64,000 nucleotides of DNA from Mobula hypostoma (Eukaryota): NCBI RefSeq assembly GCF_963921235.1, contig NC_086097.1, positions 128,094,001-128,158,000 on the forward strand, read 5' to 3'. Below, piece after piece: positions 62,378 to 64,000 of this stretch. The notes under the pieces were generated by a model, which was not told the origin of the DNA, did no database searches, and saw only the letters and a list, made by a program, of their open reading frames with translations. The stretch's first letter is position 1. The number at the start of each line of letters is the position of its first letter. The position numbers and the translations under genes are program-made.

Positions 62378-63405
62378 TATTTGCAAGTGAACAAGCTTTG
62401 ATTGCGAAAAGGCAATCTCTTCCATCCCATCCACTCCTTTAGCATTCTTGTTAATCACTAACTCAGACCCCCGCGAATGCAAACCACAAGCATCATCAAT
62501 GATGCAAATATAAACTAGCTTTACATATTGGATTTCCTGTTATTCAGTAGAGTGAAGATCTTTCCCTAAACCCAAAGCAGAATGGGATGTGGGAGGGAAA
62601 GAGATTAATTCTTTGTCAAGAGCTCCTTGAAGATTTAATTGGATCCTGTCTCTATCAATGCACAAAAGGAATATTTGTTAACACTTTTTTATTTTTGAAA
62701 ATCTAATTTCTGCATCCTGGTAGCTGGTCAGGGGCTGAAATAGAATTTGTCTTCAGTTTTATTTTCTTCACAGAGGAGAAACAGAGGATAAGTACTTTTT
62801 AAAAACCCCATAAAGCAAAATGTTTCATGGAAAATGGGAGAAGAAGCCACACAAACATTAACCTGACCAAAGTACAAATGTGCAGGAGAAATGTAACTAT
62901 GTAGTCTCACTTGTTTTTAATTTTGGAAAATGCATTGTCCACTTAAAATGTTTCAAATTCTTGACAAAGTGCTAGCGCTGAAGTATCCATTATTGTATTT
63001 AAAGTTTTCAATTAAATGATCCATCAAACTTGGCAGAATTTTCAGAGAAGCATAGGCGTGAATGCATTAAGGATGCATTTGAGAAGTGGGCTTTGAGAGA
63101 CATGCCCACGAGCGTGGCTTGATAATCCTCTTTATGCTACTGGGAAGGATACAATGCCGATTATGTTTCGTGTTTATGCAGTATTAATAGTGGGATCTTA
63201 ATGCAATATGTGACCTTGATTTCTGTGGAGGAAAATTAGACTTAAACGATATTTTGATCCACTGGGACTATTCTATACTTTTTTCCTTGCTTGTCTGGAC
63301 ACTGTAAAGCTTGCATCTTTTCTGGGAATTCCGGAATAAAATGACTGTTATTTATCATTACAAACCTCTTTATCATTTAGTCAATAAAAGGCTTTTTTTT
63401 TGCAG

Positions 63406-63470
63406 AGCGAACTCAAGAGTCAGAAATCTGTATTAGTCTCCTTTGGCCCGAAGGCAGGAGATGTCAAAAG
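63406..63470 (+). other. Candidate 65-nt exon
   Basis: T-tract plus GCAG acceptor and AAG/GTAAAT donor in unique sequence; product not recognised. Confidence 0.3.
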
Positions 63471-63892
63471 GTAAATCATGATCAGCCTTGGCTTTCTGGC
63501 TAAATTGTGTATGAAGGCCTCAGGGTAAAGGTGCACATGCTCATTACTTGAGACAGAAAAGAGAAGTTCACACACAGAGACGCACATATGCAGCTGGCAA
63601 TATTAGATATGAAACAATTCAGCTTCAGACAACTTGATTCCATTTGTTTCACGGATTAACACACAATGTGACTTTCAAGGGTAGGGGGTTTAACTCTGCA
63701 TAATACACCCTTTGAAGTTTATCAAGAAGGCTTGGAAACAATTTAACAGTCAAATAGCCCCAACAAAGTGGAAAAGAAATGATATTCTTTCGGTTTTGTA
63801 GTATTCTGCTCCCAAACCGAAACCATTTTCACACTCGGAGCCTCATGTGTTTTCTCTTTTGTTTTAGTTTGGTTTATTTATACCTTTGCAAA

Positions 63893-63923
63893 CCCTTAAT
63901 TTTCTACTTTTCTTATTTTTCAG
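63893..63923 (+). promoter_or_regulatory. Candidate strong splice acceptor
   Basis: CCCTTAAT branch-like motif, pyrimidine tract TTTCTACTTTTCTTATTTTTCAG/G. Confidence 0.4.
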
Positions 63924-64000
63924 GAGCAGAAAAGTAAACCAAATCGTGTTCTAATTTTTTTTCAAGTGCACACGTTACCGACCTACAGTATTAAACGCTC

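Noticed and set aside
1..64000. CRISPR arrays, rRNA, prokaryotic operons, LTR/ERV pol or env
   Set aside because: None seen; the short tandem repeats are LINE tails or microsatellites, and all RT motifs are non-LTR or PLE type.

Overview
Eukaryotic, repeat-dense window with no intact host coding exon that I can recognise. The repeat families (shark-type CR1 LINEs with an esterase ORF1, Rex1/Babar LINEs, V-domain tRNA SINEs, Penelope-like elements) suggest a cartilaginous fish, probably a ray; that is inference. More than half of the window is nested, mostly 5'-truncated retroelements: many CR1 and Rex1/Babar copies, an older CR1/L2-superfamily LINE, one RTE, and Neptune- and Poseidon-type Penelope-like elements (PLEs). 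There are also two pogo/Tigger DNA transposon derivatives with terminal inverted repeats (TIRs). Most notable: (i) minimal hammerhead ribozyme motifs in the PLE 3' ends, near-intact in a young Neptune copy that has a 390-aa open RT/GIY-YIG frame and a 12-bp target-site duplication (TSD); (ii) fold-back PLE units, including a ~200-bp non-coding one with a 10-bp TSD; (iii) a decayed coiled-coil protein remnant at ~44.4-45.1 kb that the ORF track misses; (iv) non-coding elements with Rex1-like tails; (v) candidate + strand splice signals in the last 0.6 kb. Repeat boundaries are approximate (tens of bp) unless a TSD or TIR is quoted.
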